Of a stretch of 64,000 nucleotides of DNA, positions 1 through 12,860 are shown one piece after another; the first letter of the stretch is position 1; each line of letters opens with the position of its first letter. This DNA is from Okamejei kenojei (taxonomy: Eukaryota): assembly GCA_035221665.1 (NCBI GenBank), contig CM069174.1:10850001-10914000 (forward strand). The letters are read 5' to 3'. The notes under the pieces were generated by a model. The model was given only the letters and a program-made list of their open reading frames with translations, was not told the DNA's origin and did not search any database. The translations under genes were made by a program, and so were the position numbers.

Positions 1-1401
1 GTCACTCAGAATGTATTTTGAACAGGACAAGTTTAGGAAGCCATTCTTATAATAAATCTTTCTCCCCAAACTAATTTCGCAGCTGAATTTTCAAGTTAGA
101 TTTGTGTTCACTATGCTCTGAATTGATGTCCTCCTCCAGTTCCTTCATACAGGGGGTTTATACTGTGGCATATACAGCCGAAATTTTAGTTCACTTTTGA
201 CAAAGACATTCCCATGTTTAGATTGTGCTTGCAAGTAGCAAGAGAAGCAGGGTCACTATTATTCCATGAGAGTGAGAAAGGCCCCACTTTTGCCAATTCT
301 CCCAGTTTCCACCAAGCTAATGATCGAAGCCTTGAATATACTCAATGACTGAGCCTCTGCAACTCTCTGAGGAGTGGAGAATTCCAAAGATTCACAATCC
401 TCCGAGTGGAGCAATGTCTCCTGATTCACAGTCCCATATGGACAACCCCCTTATCCTGAGCCTGTTAGTTTTATAATCAACTGCCAAGAGGCACTTAGCA
501 ATACCTCTCAGAATCTTGAGTCCCAATTAGATTACTTCTCACTCTTCATAGGGCAATCTCCATAATTTACATTGGCCATCTTACTTCAGGTAATGCAGGA
601 GGTCATGGTACAGGGAGTTCTGGTTTCAAAATTAGAGCAAATTTCAACATTAGAATAAGGAAGATAAAAATAAAAAAAACAAAATATTTTTTGATGTTAT
701 CCGTCTCAAAATAATAAAATGCAGAACTTAAAATCAAACTCTTTGACCTTTTGGGATCAAATTACAACAAAAGCCTCAAACTTTTTTCTTTTTTACATTC
801 CACATGTAAAACATTACCTAATTTGCTTCCACAACATTTTATTCTCTACTAACATAGTGAACAATGTCTAAAAGTGACCCAATATATAACATGCGCTGAA
901 TGTCAACTTGCACTGAGGTAACGCTATCTGTGAACTAATTAAAATGTTTGATTCTGTAAGTACAGCCCAAGAGTGTTAAGTTTCAGCTTGGAATACTGCA
1001 CAATGAAGGGTGTGGCAAAATTCTTTTTACATTGTCCCTTTACTTTATCTCTTGTTCCTCCAAGGAGATGAGTGAAGACACTGTTCCCATATCCTCAGAA
1101 TTAAAATGCAAACTTTTGTTCCTAGCTTTTCATTCCAGAGCCTTTAACACAATGGAACTTAATCTAGTTTCCCTCAATCATATGATCTTGAACTTTGCAA
1201 AACCCAAAGCCTGGTGTTTTGCCCAGTTTGCTTTGTGCCCTGACCTTTGGGCTTTGAGCCTTTGTCTAGGTTTCTTAAGTTAGACCAGACATTAAAAAGC
1301 ATTCTGTAGATAAAATAAGGCACCAACAATTAAAGCAGCAATTATTGGCTTTTCTCTTAATCTTTAAATTTTGTGAAAAATGTTGAGTTCGATGTTATGT
1401 T

Positions 1402-1530
1402 TAAGAAGGAACTGCAGATGCTGGAAAATCAAAAGGTAGACAAAAATGCTGGAGAAACTCAGCAGGTGAGGCGGCATCTATGGAGCAAAGGAAATGGGCA
1501 ACGTTTCGGGACGAGACCCTTCTTCAGACA
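1402..1530 (-). mobile_element. Short Penelope-derived element with hammerhead motif
   Basis: AAGGAACTGCAGATGCTGG family; direct repeat ATGTTATGTT at 1392-1401 and 1531-1540. Confidence 0.75.
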
Positions 1531-2221
1531 ATGTTATGTTACTTTATGTAAAACAGATTACAAAAGGCAGTTTAATTTCAAACAATTACAATTTATTTTT
1601 GTTATTACCTGGGCAAATGCAGCAATTTGCCTTGGTTACTGTGTGTTTTAAGTTCAACCACCACTAGGCACTGACTTGAAGGAACGGATTGCCTTGTAGA
1701 GAATTAATCTTGTCAAATAAAGCAGACACATGCTAATAGGCTGCACTGCCCATAGTTGAGGAGACAACTCTAGTACAAACTTGTGCTCTGTTTAGTGTTT
1801 GTCAGATACTGTTTCTGTGTAGATATTAGGCTCTACTGTACCATCATCATCGAACAAATGGACACTCACATCCTAGTCTTATTCACATGAAGCATGGAGA
1901 CTTGAGCAAAGCACCAGTGGGCCCTTGGATCTTTATGTCAGAGATCAATGGCATTCACAGAAGAAATAAATTATATCACTTTTAAACGAATGAAGCTTTC
2001 CCACAGCTGTTGCATTATTGGTACATGGACAAACCATTACGATTTCGCCCAAGAGACCAACAGGAGTATTTTTGAGTTGGTAGACAGGGTAAAACCTGTA
2101 GCGGAGAACTTCAACCTGCTTCAGAACTTTTATTTGGTTTGCAGCTGCTTTGTAAAACAAAAGGTAGATTTAAAAGCAAGACACCTGTGATAGTCACTGC
2201 CTCTTTCCCTTCTTCAATTTG

Positions 2222-2252
2222 TTTATTTTATAGAACAAGGTAGATCTTTATT
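2222..2252 (-). terminator. Candidate proximal polyadenylation signals of the INPP1-like gene
   Basis: Two TTTATT hexamers on + (AATAAA on -) about 140-170 nt past the stop codon. Confidence 0.4.
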
Positions 2253-2390
2253 CTGGTATATTGTTTGAGTGTTATAAAATAATGTCTATTAAGCCCATTT
2301 AATGTTTATAAAAAATAATTGGCTCGGAATAGGACAATTAGATTATTTTTGGTGACCCATTGCCTCTTAATTGTAGTGTGAAATAATACT

Positions 2391-2880
2391 CTACTCTACC
2401 AAAAGTGCATTAATAATGGTCTCCAGGTGCCGTTGAGACCTGTAAGCCACAAGGCCTCCTGTGTTGGCCCATTTCTCGGTTTCTTTTGACCCTTCATCGG
2501 GCATCTTGTATTGAAGTTCTGGATTGGCCCCGGGGCTTCTGCTCTTCACCTTAGCCAGGGTTTTGGCAAGATTTACAATGCCCCCTCCTATGGATTTCAA
2601 GATGGCATGTGGGGCACAGGTATCCCATTTAAAGGTAGTGTCTGCTGTGACAACATAAGCATCTGCCAAGCCAAGGATTGTACACAGGATTTTGTATCCT
2701 GCCCCAGAAGCATAGTACAGTTTGTCACCACAGAGATGAGCTAGTGCTTTTGTGATGTCTTCCTTCTCACTTGAGCTCATGACTATCGAAAGAAGGTTGT
2801 GATGTGCAGGAGGCTGCTTTGGTATGGAATGGATATTGGTTCCATTGTAGGAAATACCCCAGTAATATTTCCCCTTCCAT
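2391..2880 (-). CDS. INPP1: INPP1-like inositol polyphosphate 1-phosphatase, last coding exon (5/5)
   Basis: Acceptor AG at 2881-2882 after a pyrimidine tract. Encodes (R)WKGKYYWGISY...GAGYKILC...TTFKWDTCAPHAIL...WANTGGLVAYRS, with the WD motif of the Li-sensitive phosphatase family. TAG stop at 2391-2393. Orthologue versus paralogue is unresolved. Confidence 0.93.
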
Positions 2881-3221
2881 CTGCAAAAAGAAAAAAAATA
2901 CACGAGGGAAATAATTTTACACCTTGACAAACCTAATAACTACATGTTATAATGCAGACATTAGTTCCATCAAAAAGCTGTGAAGTGGTGTTGGTTATCT
3001 GCTAATTGTGATCTGGATACTGACATGAACAGACCACTGATTTTCTACAATATGAAAAATTATGCAGAATGCAGCATTCATCATCCATCTCAAAAGGCCC
3101 ATGAGAAGGTGGTAGGTAGCCACCTCTTTGAACTGTGCTATGTTACCCCAATAGTGCTATTTGGTAGGGAGTTTTAGGATTTAGACCCAGCAATGACGAA
3201 CGAATAGTGATATATTTCCAA

Positions 3222-3412
3222 GTTGACACAAAGTGTTGCAATAACTCAGCAGGTCAGGCAGCATCTCTGGAGAAAATGGATAGGTGGCATTTCAGTCTGA
3301 AAAAGGATTCCAATCCTAAACATCACCTATGTTCTCCAGGGATTCTGAATGACCCGCTGAATTACCTCAGCACTTTGTCGTCTTTTGTAAATTAGTATCT
3401 GCAGTTGCTGGT
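3222..3412. mobile_element. Inverted dimer of the same short element (degenerate)
   Basis: GACACAAAGTG..ACTCAGCAGGTCAGGCAGCATC arm and its reverse complement. Confidence 0.7.
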
Positions 3413-3974
3413 CTCTATTTGTCTCGATAGTGCCCAACCCAGGCCACATAAGAAGATTTACAAACTCACATTACAATTGCTCCACAATCTTAAATCTCTA
3501 TTCCTTCACTGTAAATGACTCTATTGTCATCTTGTATTGTTGTACTGCTGACCAGATTGCACGCAACAAAAGCTTTTCACTGTACACGTGACAATAAACT
3601 AAATTCTAACTATTTCCAAGTCGTGGTTGTCTGCAATTTGAAGGGCAACCTGCAGGTGGTGGTGTTCCTATGTTCTGTTACTATTATATTTCTAGGTGGC
3701 AGAGGTCACAGGTTTGGGAGGTGCGGTTGCAGAACCTTTAGCCAGCTATTCTTTTGTATCTTAAAGAATTTTAGAAAATGGGTAGAGTTTTCTGCATGCC
3801 CTCAAAGAAAAGAACAATTGCCTTCAAATGGTACTGGTTTTGATCGTCTTCCTTCTAACATGTATTTGCTCAAGATGCAGTATTTAGATTGGACTCTGAC
3901 CACTCAAAATACTATTCGATTGACCAGGCAGATAACCAACACCCTTTCATTGCAAATACTGAAAATCACTCCAC

Positions 3975-4146
3975 CTTAAGATGGGGTCCACATCGTTAAA
4001 AGGTACATTAATGACTCCCATAATTGGCTGTCCCGAGTTTCTATCAAAGACTCCAATGAGTACAGTAGCAGATTTCAGACCACTTGCGTGAATGCCAGAT
4101 TTGTACTTCTCCTCAAGTTGTCCTTTTATGTATTGATTGGTTGAAT
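3975..4146 (-). CDS. INPP1: INPP1-like coding exon 4/5
   Basis: cag|ATTCAACC...CTTAAG|gtggag, 172 nt. Encodes (D)STNQYIKG...SGLKSATVLIGVFDRNSGQPIMGVINVPF. Completes the DPIDST motif; phases (1 in, 2 out) fit both neighbours. Confidence 0.9.
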
Positions 4147-4670
4147 CTGTAAAACAGAAACATAGAAGATTTAAAATATATATGCAAAGATTTTTTCAAG
4201 GACAAAAAGATTCAGTTCAACTTAATTCAGTTCATTGAAATGTGCAGACCCGGGTAAATCAACGGCATTTGTACTTCTTGCTTTTTCTTTCATTTCTCTC
4301 TGAGAATCCAAGTGTCGCTGACAGGACCAGCATTTATTGCTATGGGTTAGACTGCTCCGAGTCTGGAGTTACATATTCATGTTGGGAATTCTCACAACAC
4401 CCACAAGGAATTTTACTTTTGTCACTTTCCAAAGCAGTTATTGTTCCAATCATCATTAGTCAACTACTGGAGGAAGAAGCAAAAGGGTATGGGGTGATGG
4501 GGAAGGGAACATCTCTATCTGCTTGTGTGGATGCCTCCAAGACAATCAACTTCTTGATTTAGCTTTGCCTTGATCAGCAAAGTCAAAAGAATCCCACCTT
4601 CAGAAAACTTTAATCCACACCTATGTTGGGGAGAATCTATTTTTGTAAGATGGTTAAAGGTTTTACTTAC

Positions 4671-4871
4671 CAATAGGATCAACCCATATTCCTATGGTGT
4701 CCATAGGAATGTCTATATTTAGTTCTTCTGAGGCTGGACCATCAATGTGGATATCTTCGTGGATGCACTTGGCCAGAAGGCCAGCAGCTTTCAGATTCCC
4801 ATCTAGCACTTTACTTATTAATTCTGCAGTTGCTTGCTCTGTTTTGCAGACTTTCACAATAATTGTTTCAC
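4671..4871 (-). CDS. INPP1: INPP1-like coding exon 3/5
   Basis: tacag|GTGAAACA...CCTATTG|gtaagt, 201 nt. Encodes GETIIVKVCKTEQATAELISKVL...IGIWVDPI. Confidence 0.93.
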
Positions 4872-5137
4872 CTGTAATGAAAATAAAGAGCACAAGATTG
4901 TAATTCACCGGGGTCATCAAAAAGAGTACCATGTGCAACTTTGGTCTCCTTATTTCAGGAGATAAATGAGATACTGAGCCCATCCGTGGGAAGGAGACCA
5001 GTTAATGGCAGCCAATGAAGTAATTCACCCAAAGCTGGTTCAGCATTAATGGTTTTTTACTTCAACTCCCTCACATCTAAAAACCTGACTGCACTGTACA
5101 TGCCATGAGATAACTTAAGAAGTGTCTTGTCACATAC

Positions 5138-5198
5138 CCAAACCATTTTCAAAATGATTGGATTCCTCTCCAGCGATGTGAGATGCAAGCTCCGGAAA
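5138..5198 (-). CDS. INPP1: INPP1-like coding exon 2/5
   Basis: ttag|TTTCCGGAG...TTTGG|gtatgt, 61 nt. Encodes FPELASHIAGEESNHFENGL with the metal-binding GEES motif. Confidence 0.92.
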
Positions 5199-5447
5199 CT
5201 AATGGGAGAGAAAGATAACAACTAAAGTATTTAAAGAAATTACACAGTTAATTTAAACAGTCTCCAGCAGATTTTAAAAGAAACCTCATCATGAGTCTGT
5301 CCAAGACAACAACCCAAATTCTCTCCAAGCCAGGATCCCAGTGAAGTAGAGCAATAATTGAGGGCAGATATTCTCTCGCTCTCCCCCTTCCTTCCGATTA
5401 AAATTCATGTCTCACTTGAACTCATCAACATTTCAGAGTATTGAAAT

Positions 5448-5570
5448 AAGGAACAGCAGATGCTGGTTTACCAAGGAAAGACACGAATTGCTGGAGTAAC
5501 AGCGGGTCAGGCAGCATCCCAGCAGAACATGGATAGGTGACGTTTTGGGTCAGGACCCTTCTTCAGACGA
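5448..5570 (-). mobile_element. Short Penelope-derived element (hammerhead core mutated)
   Basis: Family sequence; GAAA changed to AAAA. Confidence 0.7.
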
Positions 5571-5927
5571 AACATCTCATATATTTTCTGGCCCATAAAA
5601 GTGGGAAAGAACCATTCATTAACTATCAGCCAAGGATTCTAATGAATCAGCCACAAGGCAGATATTATGTGCTTCTATCGCACACTCAGGATGCACCTCA
5701 GTCCCTGACCCTCCATTGTGGAGAACAATAACGTTCCATTTCTAACTCTACACCAAAGCAAACTTATCAAAGAAGCACAGAATTTAAGTGTGCCTTGCAC
5801 CGTGTGCTTATGTGACTTATGAATGATACGATTATCACTGATTACAGAAAAGGGATTTCTTGCTTGAACCCTGGTATGGTTCAAGTGTGGTGTTTCACTC
5901 GGCCTACCTTTCGAGCATACACAGTAC

Positions 5928-6131
5928 CTTTTTCTCAAGGTCATGCTTAATCACTTCTTGAATGATGACATCTGCCAGGGTCTTGAAGTCTTGCACAAAC
6001 TTCTTGTTTTTCTCCGGCCCTTTCTTCTCTTCAATCAGAAGCTGGAAGAGCTCTTCTTCTCGTTTGCAAGCCCTCGCTATATTTGCAGATTTCTCAGAAG
6101 CACAGAGCAACGCAGTTAGGAGACCAGCCAT
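5928..6131 (-). CDS. INPP1: INPP1-like coding exon 1/5 (start codon)
   Basis: GCAATGG start context. MAGLLTALLCASEKSANIARAC...DFKTLADVIIQEVIK matches the INPP1 N-terminus. Donor AAG|gtactg; upstream tandem TAG/CAG acceptors at 6156-6160. The five exons sum to 1128 nt = 375 aa plus stop. Confidence 0.93.
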
Positions 6132-6786
6132 TGCTGAGATGTAATCTTTTAAGCACTGCTATAGAGAAAGAAAAACTATTATTGAAGCATGTGATGCTGG
6201 CTGCTCATTTATGGAAGGTCTCCATTGTATTAAAGGAGCAACATACTCTAATCTTGCCTACCAAGGCTTTCTATACTGTAGGAAATTAATTACTCTCAGT
6301 GGACACCCAGTTCTAAGTATGATGGTCTTAGCCAAATAGGATTCTAAGTAAGCACATTTCATCTGATTCTGGTTTCCCATGAGAAACCCAATAGTCAATA
6401 AAACTGGATTTTTGACTCGCTGTGCAAGCTCCTCTGATGGATTGTGTGCAGCTTTATAATTAAAAAAAAATGAGTACATCATTTAATTAAGAGAGACATG
6501 GCGGGGCACCTGATGTGTCGCAAATGCAGTACATGGGAGCCAATGGAAACAATGGTGATCCACACTGAACACCTCTACAGCATTGCAATTAAAGGAGGAA
6601 TTCTTTGAATGAATTATAGTCTCGTCACCTAGATTTAATCTGCAATGCATTGTAACATTAAACATCAATTATCCCTGTCCATTTTCTAGGTGGAATTTTG
6701 TTCTCTGTACTTTTGCTAATCAGCTATGTGTTTCTCAGTAGTATCAAAATTAGCTCATTAGACATTTCAGGTAAATATTACATTTA

Positions 6787-7065
6787 TGCCCCTGTCCCAC
6801 TTAGGAAACCCGAACAGAAACCTCTGGAGACTTTGCGCCCCACCCAAGGTTTCCGTGCGGTTCCCGGAGGTTTTTGTCCTCTGGCCACCACCTTCAACTA
6901 GCATCGCAACTGGCTTTGACTAAAAAAATTACCGATTTTAAAAACGGAAACCACTTTCGACCATTAGGGAGACTGACAAAACCTCCGGGAACCGCACGGA
7001 AACCTTGGGTGGGGCGCAAAGTCTCCAGTGGTTTCCGTTCTGGTTTCCTAAGTGGGACAGGGGCA
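6787..7065. mobile_element. PIF/Harbinger-type MITE (279 bp)
   Basis: About 90-bp near-perfect terminal inverted repeats (TGCCCCTGTCCCACTTAGGAAACC...), flanked by TTA at 6784-6786 and 7066-7068; no transposase. Confidence 0.85.
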
Positions 7066-8659
7066 TTAGCAAACACGGTTAGTACTAGAAGTCCCGTTTA
7101 CTTTGCCACATTTCAGAGAACCAAAGCAAAGGAGGCCATTCAATCCATCATGTAAATTCAAATTGATACTAAATATATAAATAAGTGGCAATTCATGAGA
7201 CCCAAACTTTTAGGGTCTGCCAGTATCCCACCCAGGCAATTTCCTGAATACAAAACCGTCTCTCTTCTGATTTGATCAGACCCAAACTAAAAGGTTAACA
7301 AATGTACTTTGGAGTGGAGAATTTATTAAATCTGGTTCACCAAAATACTACAAAAGGGCATTGCAGCCAACACAAACAGCTGCTTGTAAAGGACCTCTGT
7401 GGGCCGGCTTGGAAATAAAAATATCAGATGTTATGTTGGAATGCAACAGGAAAGGTTTCACAATAACATTTACTCCAACTGCATAGTGTGGTTCTCTGAA
7501 ACAACATTACAACAGGTAAAGGTACACAGGAAAATCTCAATATAAAAATATTACAACCAAAACACTATCCCAGTGCATGATTCCCAAACAGGCTGAAGTA
7601 TTAAGTGCAGAGATTCAGTAATTCCTCTCAATCAAGCTCGGTGACCACAGATGTACTTGACTATAGTTGTTTTACATACATAATTGACATGCAACTGTGC
7701 TTCACTCACTGCATCTTTCTGGAGAAATTGCAGCAGTTTGCTTCCTCTGCTCTTTTAAACAAGTGACTGAGTAAATTGACTTTATTTGCTGTACAAAAGG
7801 CAATTTGGTACGAGGAAAATCATTTGCTAATGCCATGTTTTCACCAAATAATCTGCAATATAAATGTTGATTTAAAGGGAAGCCATTGCAAATGATTTGT
7901 TGGATGTAATGGTATACTCATTTATTAAATTTTAACCTTAGACAACCTCAAAAATTGTCGTCTCAATGGGCAAATTGTTTTATGTTTAAAGCACGTGATT
8001 GTAGATTTGGTACACTGATAACAATGGATTCAATAAACAGTAGCATAGTGGTTATGTTACTGGATTCATAGCTCAGAGAGGTGGACTTATATGTGAATCT
8101 GTTGTGCACTAATGTAATTAATTCCGAACAGTATTCTGAAGTGGTTTAACAAGCCATTCGGTTGAGGCAATTTGAGGTGGGCGATAAATGCCAGAATATC
8201 AGCAACACACACATTCAAAAGGTAAACTGGATTTACTGAATCTCTACACTGTGGCCAGCTAGTGTTCGTACATACAACCTTGTAATTAGAATGGAATGCA
8301 CTATCCTTTAATCAGTGTGTGCCTTACATTGCTTGATGCATTCAGGTTTATGCCTTTAGGCTTGGCCATTCCAAATCTGTGTTTCCTGCCTATAAAACAG
8401 AATTTTGAAAGTGCTTGAGGCTTTTGACTAGTCTAATTGTGCTACCACTTTGAAACAGCAGTCCATTTCATCCCACTACCCTGATCATTTCCTCTAACTT
8501 TTGAACATTTCCATTTAAAAACTTTAATGCACATCCCTTTTTTAAATGATTATGCATTCTGATTTTTCACACTTTCTGGCAGTGCATTTCAAATCTGAAT
8601 ACTTTCCCAACACTCACTTTTAAGTGAGAAGGGTCAGGCTTCAGGTTCCACTCCAGAGA

Positions 8660-8870
8660 CACAATGAACTGCAGATGCTGGTTTACAAAAAAAAGATAAA
8701 CTGCTGCAGTAACTCAGCAGGTCAGGCAGCACCTCTGGAGAACATGGATAGGTGTCATTTCAGATTGGAAGTCTTCTTCGGACTGAAGAAGGGTGCCAAC
8801 CCGAAATGTCACCTATCCATGTTCCCCAGAGATGCTGCCTGTCCCGCTGAGTTGCTCCGGCATTTTGTCG
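8660..8870. mobile_element. Inverted dimer of the short Penelope-derived element
   Basis: Inverted arms; plus-strand CTGAAGAAGGGTGCCAACCCGAAATGTC at 8783-8810. Confidence 0.75.
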
Positions 8871-8916
8871 TCAATGCTGGAGTTGAGTTCTAGTGCAGTG
8901 CTGAAGCTGATATGTA

Positions 8917-10522
8917 CAGTGGCTTGCAAAAGTATTCATACCCCTTGAACTTTTCCACATTTTGTCACGTTACAACCACAAACGTAAATGTATTTTATTG
9001 GGATTTTATGTGATAGACCAACACAAAGTCGTGCATAATTGTGAAGTGGAAAAATGACACATGGTTTCCAAATTTTATTACAAATAAAAAAACTGAAAAG
9101 TGTGGCGTGCAAACGTATTCAGCCCCCCTGAGTCAATACTTTGTAGAACCACCTTTCGCTGCAATTTCAGCTGCAAATCTTTTGGGGTATGTCTCTACCA
9201 GATTTGCACATCTAGAAACTGAAATTTTTGCCCATTCTTCTTTGCAAAATAGCTCAAGCTCAGTCAGATTGGATGGAGAGCGTCTGTGAACAGCAATTTT
9301 CAAGTCTTGCCTGAGATTCTCAATTGGATTTAGGTCTGGACTTTGACTGGACATTCCAACACATGAATATGCTTTGATCTAAACCATTCCATTGTAGCTC
9401 TGGCTGTATGTTTATGGTTGTTGTCCTGCTGGAAGGTGAACCTCCGCCCCAGTCTCAAGTCTTTTGCAGACTCTAACAGGTTTTCTTCCAAGATTGCCCT
9501 GTATTTGGCTCCATCCATCTTCCCATCAACTCTGACCAGCTTCCCTGTCCCTGCTGAAGAAAAGCATCCCCACAGCATGACGCTGCCACCACCATGTTTC
9601 ACAATGGGGATGGTGTGTTCAGGGTAATGTGCAGTGTTAGTTTTCCACCACACATAGCGTTTTGCATATAGGCCAAAAACTTCAATTTTGGTCTCATCAG
9701 ACCAGAGCACCTTCCTCCACATGTTTGCTGTGTCCCCCACATGGCTTGTGGCAAACTGCAAACTTATGGCTTTGTTTCAACAATGGCTTTCTTCTTGCCA
9801 CTCTTCCATAAAGGCCCGATTTGTGGAGTGCACGACTAATAGTTGTCCTGTGGACAGATTCTCCCACCTGAGCTGTGGATCTCTGCAGTTCCTCCAGAGT
9901 TACCATGGGCCTCTATGCTGCTTGTCAGATCAATGCTCTCCTTGCCCGGCATGTCAGTTTAGGTGGATGGCCATATCTTTGTAGGTTTGCAGTTGTGACA
10001 TACTCTTTTCATTTTCAGATGATGGATTGAACAGTGCTCCGTGAGATGTTCAAAGCTTGGGATATTTTTTTATAACCTAACCCTGCTTTAAACTTCTCCA
10101 CAACTTTATCCCTGACCTGTCTGGTGTGTTCCTTGGGCTTCATGATGCTGTTTGTTCACTAATGTTCTCTAACAAACCTCTGAGACCTTCACTGAACAGC
10201 TGTATTTATACTGAGATTAGATTACACACAAGAGGACTCTATTTACTAATTAGGTGACTTCTGAAGGCAATTGGTTGCACTGGATTTTATTTAGTGGTAT
10301 TAGAATTAAGGGGGCTGAATACTTTTGCACGCCACACTTTTCAGTTTTTTATTTGTAAAAAAATTTGAAAACCATGTATCATTTTTCTTCCACTTCACAA
10401 TTATGTGCCACTTTGTGTTGGTCTATCACATAATATCCCAATAAAATACATATACGTTTGTGGTTGTAACGTGACAAAATGTGGAAAAGTTCAAGGGGTA
10501 TGAATACTTTTGCAAGCCACTG
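8917..10522 (-). mobile_element. Full-length Tc1-family (IR/DR, Passport-like) DNA transposon
   Basis: TA target duplication at 8915-8916 and 10523-10524; ~210-bp TIRs starting CAGTGGCTTGCAAAAGTATTCA with inner direct repeats; 1606 bp. Confidence 0.95.
9133..10143 (-). pseudogene. Disrupted Tc1 DD34E-type transposase
   Basis: MKPKEHTRQVRDKVVEKFKAGLGYKKIS..., [24 protein letters not shown]. In-frame TGA stops at 10017 and 10011 plus frameshifts. Confidence 0.9.
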
Positions 10523-10785
10523 TAAAGGTAATATGCTCTCACATATGGATGTTGAAGATCTCATGGCAATATGTAAGAGTAAGCGAGTTAGCCCTACATC
10601 CAGACCAACGTATAGCTCTTACCAACATCATCAAAATGATTTATCAAGTCATTAACACACTTATGTTCATGGGAGCTAGCTATGTGCAAACTGGTTTTCC
10701 TTTAGCATTTCAAATTACCCTTTCCTTAAAGCTCTCAGTAAAATTCCTTCTATTCCTTCATTCTATGCCAATCCTTCTTCAGTTC

Positions 10786-12030
10786 TGATGCTGGATAATT
10801 TCATTCCAAAAAGGAAGAAAGATTCTAAGGGGAGTAGGAGGCAACCGTGGCTGACAAGAGAAGTTAGGGATAGAATAAAACTAAAAGAAAAGATGTATAA
10901 TACAGCAAAGAGTAGCCGGAAGCCAGAGGATTGGGAAACTTTCATAGGACAACAAAACGGGCAATGCTGGCTGAAAGGATGAAGTACGAAGGGAAGCTGG
11001 CCAGGAATATAAAGAAGGACAATAAAAGCTTCTTTAGATATGTTAAGGGAAAAAGAGTAGCAAAGTCAAATGTGGGTCCCTTGAAGGCAGACACGGGTGA
11101 AATTATTATGGGCAACAAAGAAATGGCAGAAGAGTTGAACAGGTACTTCGGATCTGTCTTCACTAAGGAAGACACAAACAATCTCCCAGATTTACTGGAG
11201 GACAGAGGATCTAAGGGGGTAGAGGAACTAAAAGAAATTTTCATTAGGCGAGAAATAGTATTGGGTAGGCTAATGGGACTGAAGGATGATAAATCCCCTG
11301 AGCCTGGTGGTCTGCATCCCAGGGTCCTCAGGGAGGTGGCTCTAGAAATAGTGGACGCATTGGTGATCATTTTCCAATGTTTAATAGATTCAGGATCAGT
11401 TCCTGTGGATTGGAGGATAGCTAATGTTATCCCACTTTTCAAGAAAGGAGCAAGAGAGAAAACGGGGAATTACAGACCAGTTAGCCTGACTTCGGTGGTG
11501 GGAAAGATGCTGGAGTCAATTACTGAAGTGGTAATAATGGAGCATTTGGATAGCAGTAAAAGGATTAGTCCAAGTCAACATGGATTTATGAAAGGGAAAT
11601 CATGCTTGATTATTCTTCTGGAATTTTTTGAGGATGTGACAAGTAAAATGGATGAAGGGGTGCCCGTGGATGTAGTGTATCTAGACTTTCAGAAAGCCTT
11701 TGATAAGGTCCCGCACGGGAGACTGATGACTAAAATTAGAGCACATGGTATTGGGGGTAGGGTGTTGACATGGATAGAAAATTGGTTGGCAGACCGGAAT
11801 CAAAGAGTAGGAGTGAATGGGTCCTTTTCAGAATGGCAGGCAGTGGCGAGTGGAGTGCCGCAAGGCTCGGTGTTGGGGTCGCAACTGTTTACCAAATATA
11901 TTAATTATTTGGAAGAGGGAATTAGGAGCAGCACTAGCAAGTTTGCAGATGACACAAAGCTGGGTGGCAGTGTGAACTGTGAAGAGGATGTTAGGAGGTT
12001 GCAGGGTGACCTGGACAGGTTGAGTAAGTG
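10786..12030 (+). mobile_element. CR1-type LINE ORF2 fragment (reverse transcriptase), truncated at both ends
   Basis: NYRPVSLTS, QHGF, YLDFQKAFDKVPH, GVPQGSVLG and FADDTKL motifs in ORF 10931-12052. Confidence 0.92.
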
Positions 12031-12489
12031 GGTGGGACATACAGCTTATTGAGACAACTTCAGTTTAGAGATGTATACCAGCCTTTTGTAGCAAAGGTTA
12101 ACAAGCCTGGCTCCAGTTGCACAAGGCTTGGTGTGGAATAATATTTTTTATTGTATCCAAGGAAGGATATGCTTAACAAATACAGAAAATGTGAGAAGCA
12201 GTCAGCAGGTCAAGCAACATCCATGGAGGGGAAAATCATTCAACATTTCAGGTCTAGAACTCTTCAAAAGAACTGGAACGGTGAGAAAAATGTGTTTTAA
12301 ATTGCAGAGATAGAAAGACGGTGAACAGTAGAAATGGGTGTGATAGAGTGCAGAACAAACCTGTGAAGGGAACAATTACTTCAAAAACTGATAGTTGGAG
12401 ACAGATTTACATAAAAAATAAACAAATTGAAACAGATATTGCCACATCTGTTGAATAGGAAAATGTGACTACCTGCAATTAGTTTTAAC

Positions 12490-12860
12490 TCGGTATTAAG
12501 TCCCAAGGGGTGCAGCATGCTCGGATTAAATGCAAGTTGATGTTGCTCATGTGGACATCGTTGGAGCAATGTTGATGCCTGAAGACACTGCTCAGAATGG
12601 GAGTGGGATGAACAATTAAAGTGGCAGGTGACTGGGAACATAGGGTTACCGTTGTGTGGAGGCGACCACCATAAACATGGAAAATAAGTGCAGGAGTAGG
12701 CCATTTGGCCCTTTGAGCTAGCATCACCATTCAATGTGATCATGGCTGATCATCCAAAATCGGTACCACTTTCCTGCTTTCTCCCATATCCCTTGATTCC
12801 ATTAGACCCAAGAGTTATATCTAACTCTCTCGAAAACATCTGAAGTAGCCATCCATTTTG
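12490..12860 (-). mobile_element. Decayed Penelope-like fragment followed by a CR1 3' end
   Basis: 12490-12670 resembles the 3' part of the 41.3 kb element; 12672-12860 matches the CR1 tails at 34.9 and 62.2 kb. Confidence 0.55.

Noticed and set aside
6698-7155. ORFs on both strands sharing the peptide APVPLRKPE
   Set aside because: Artefact of the MITE inverted repeats.
10931-12052. 373-aa ORF as a host gene or active LINE
   Set aside because: Truncated CR1 RT fragment lacking the endonuclease and C-terminus.
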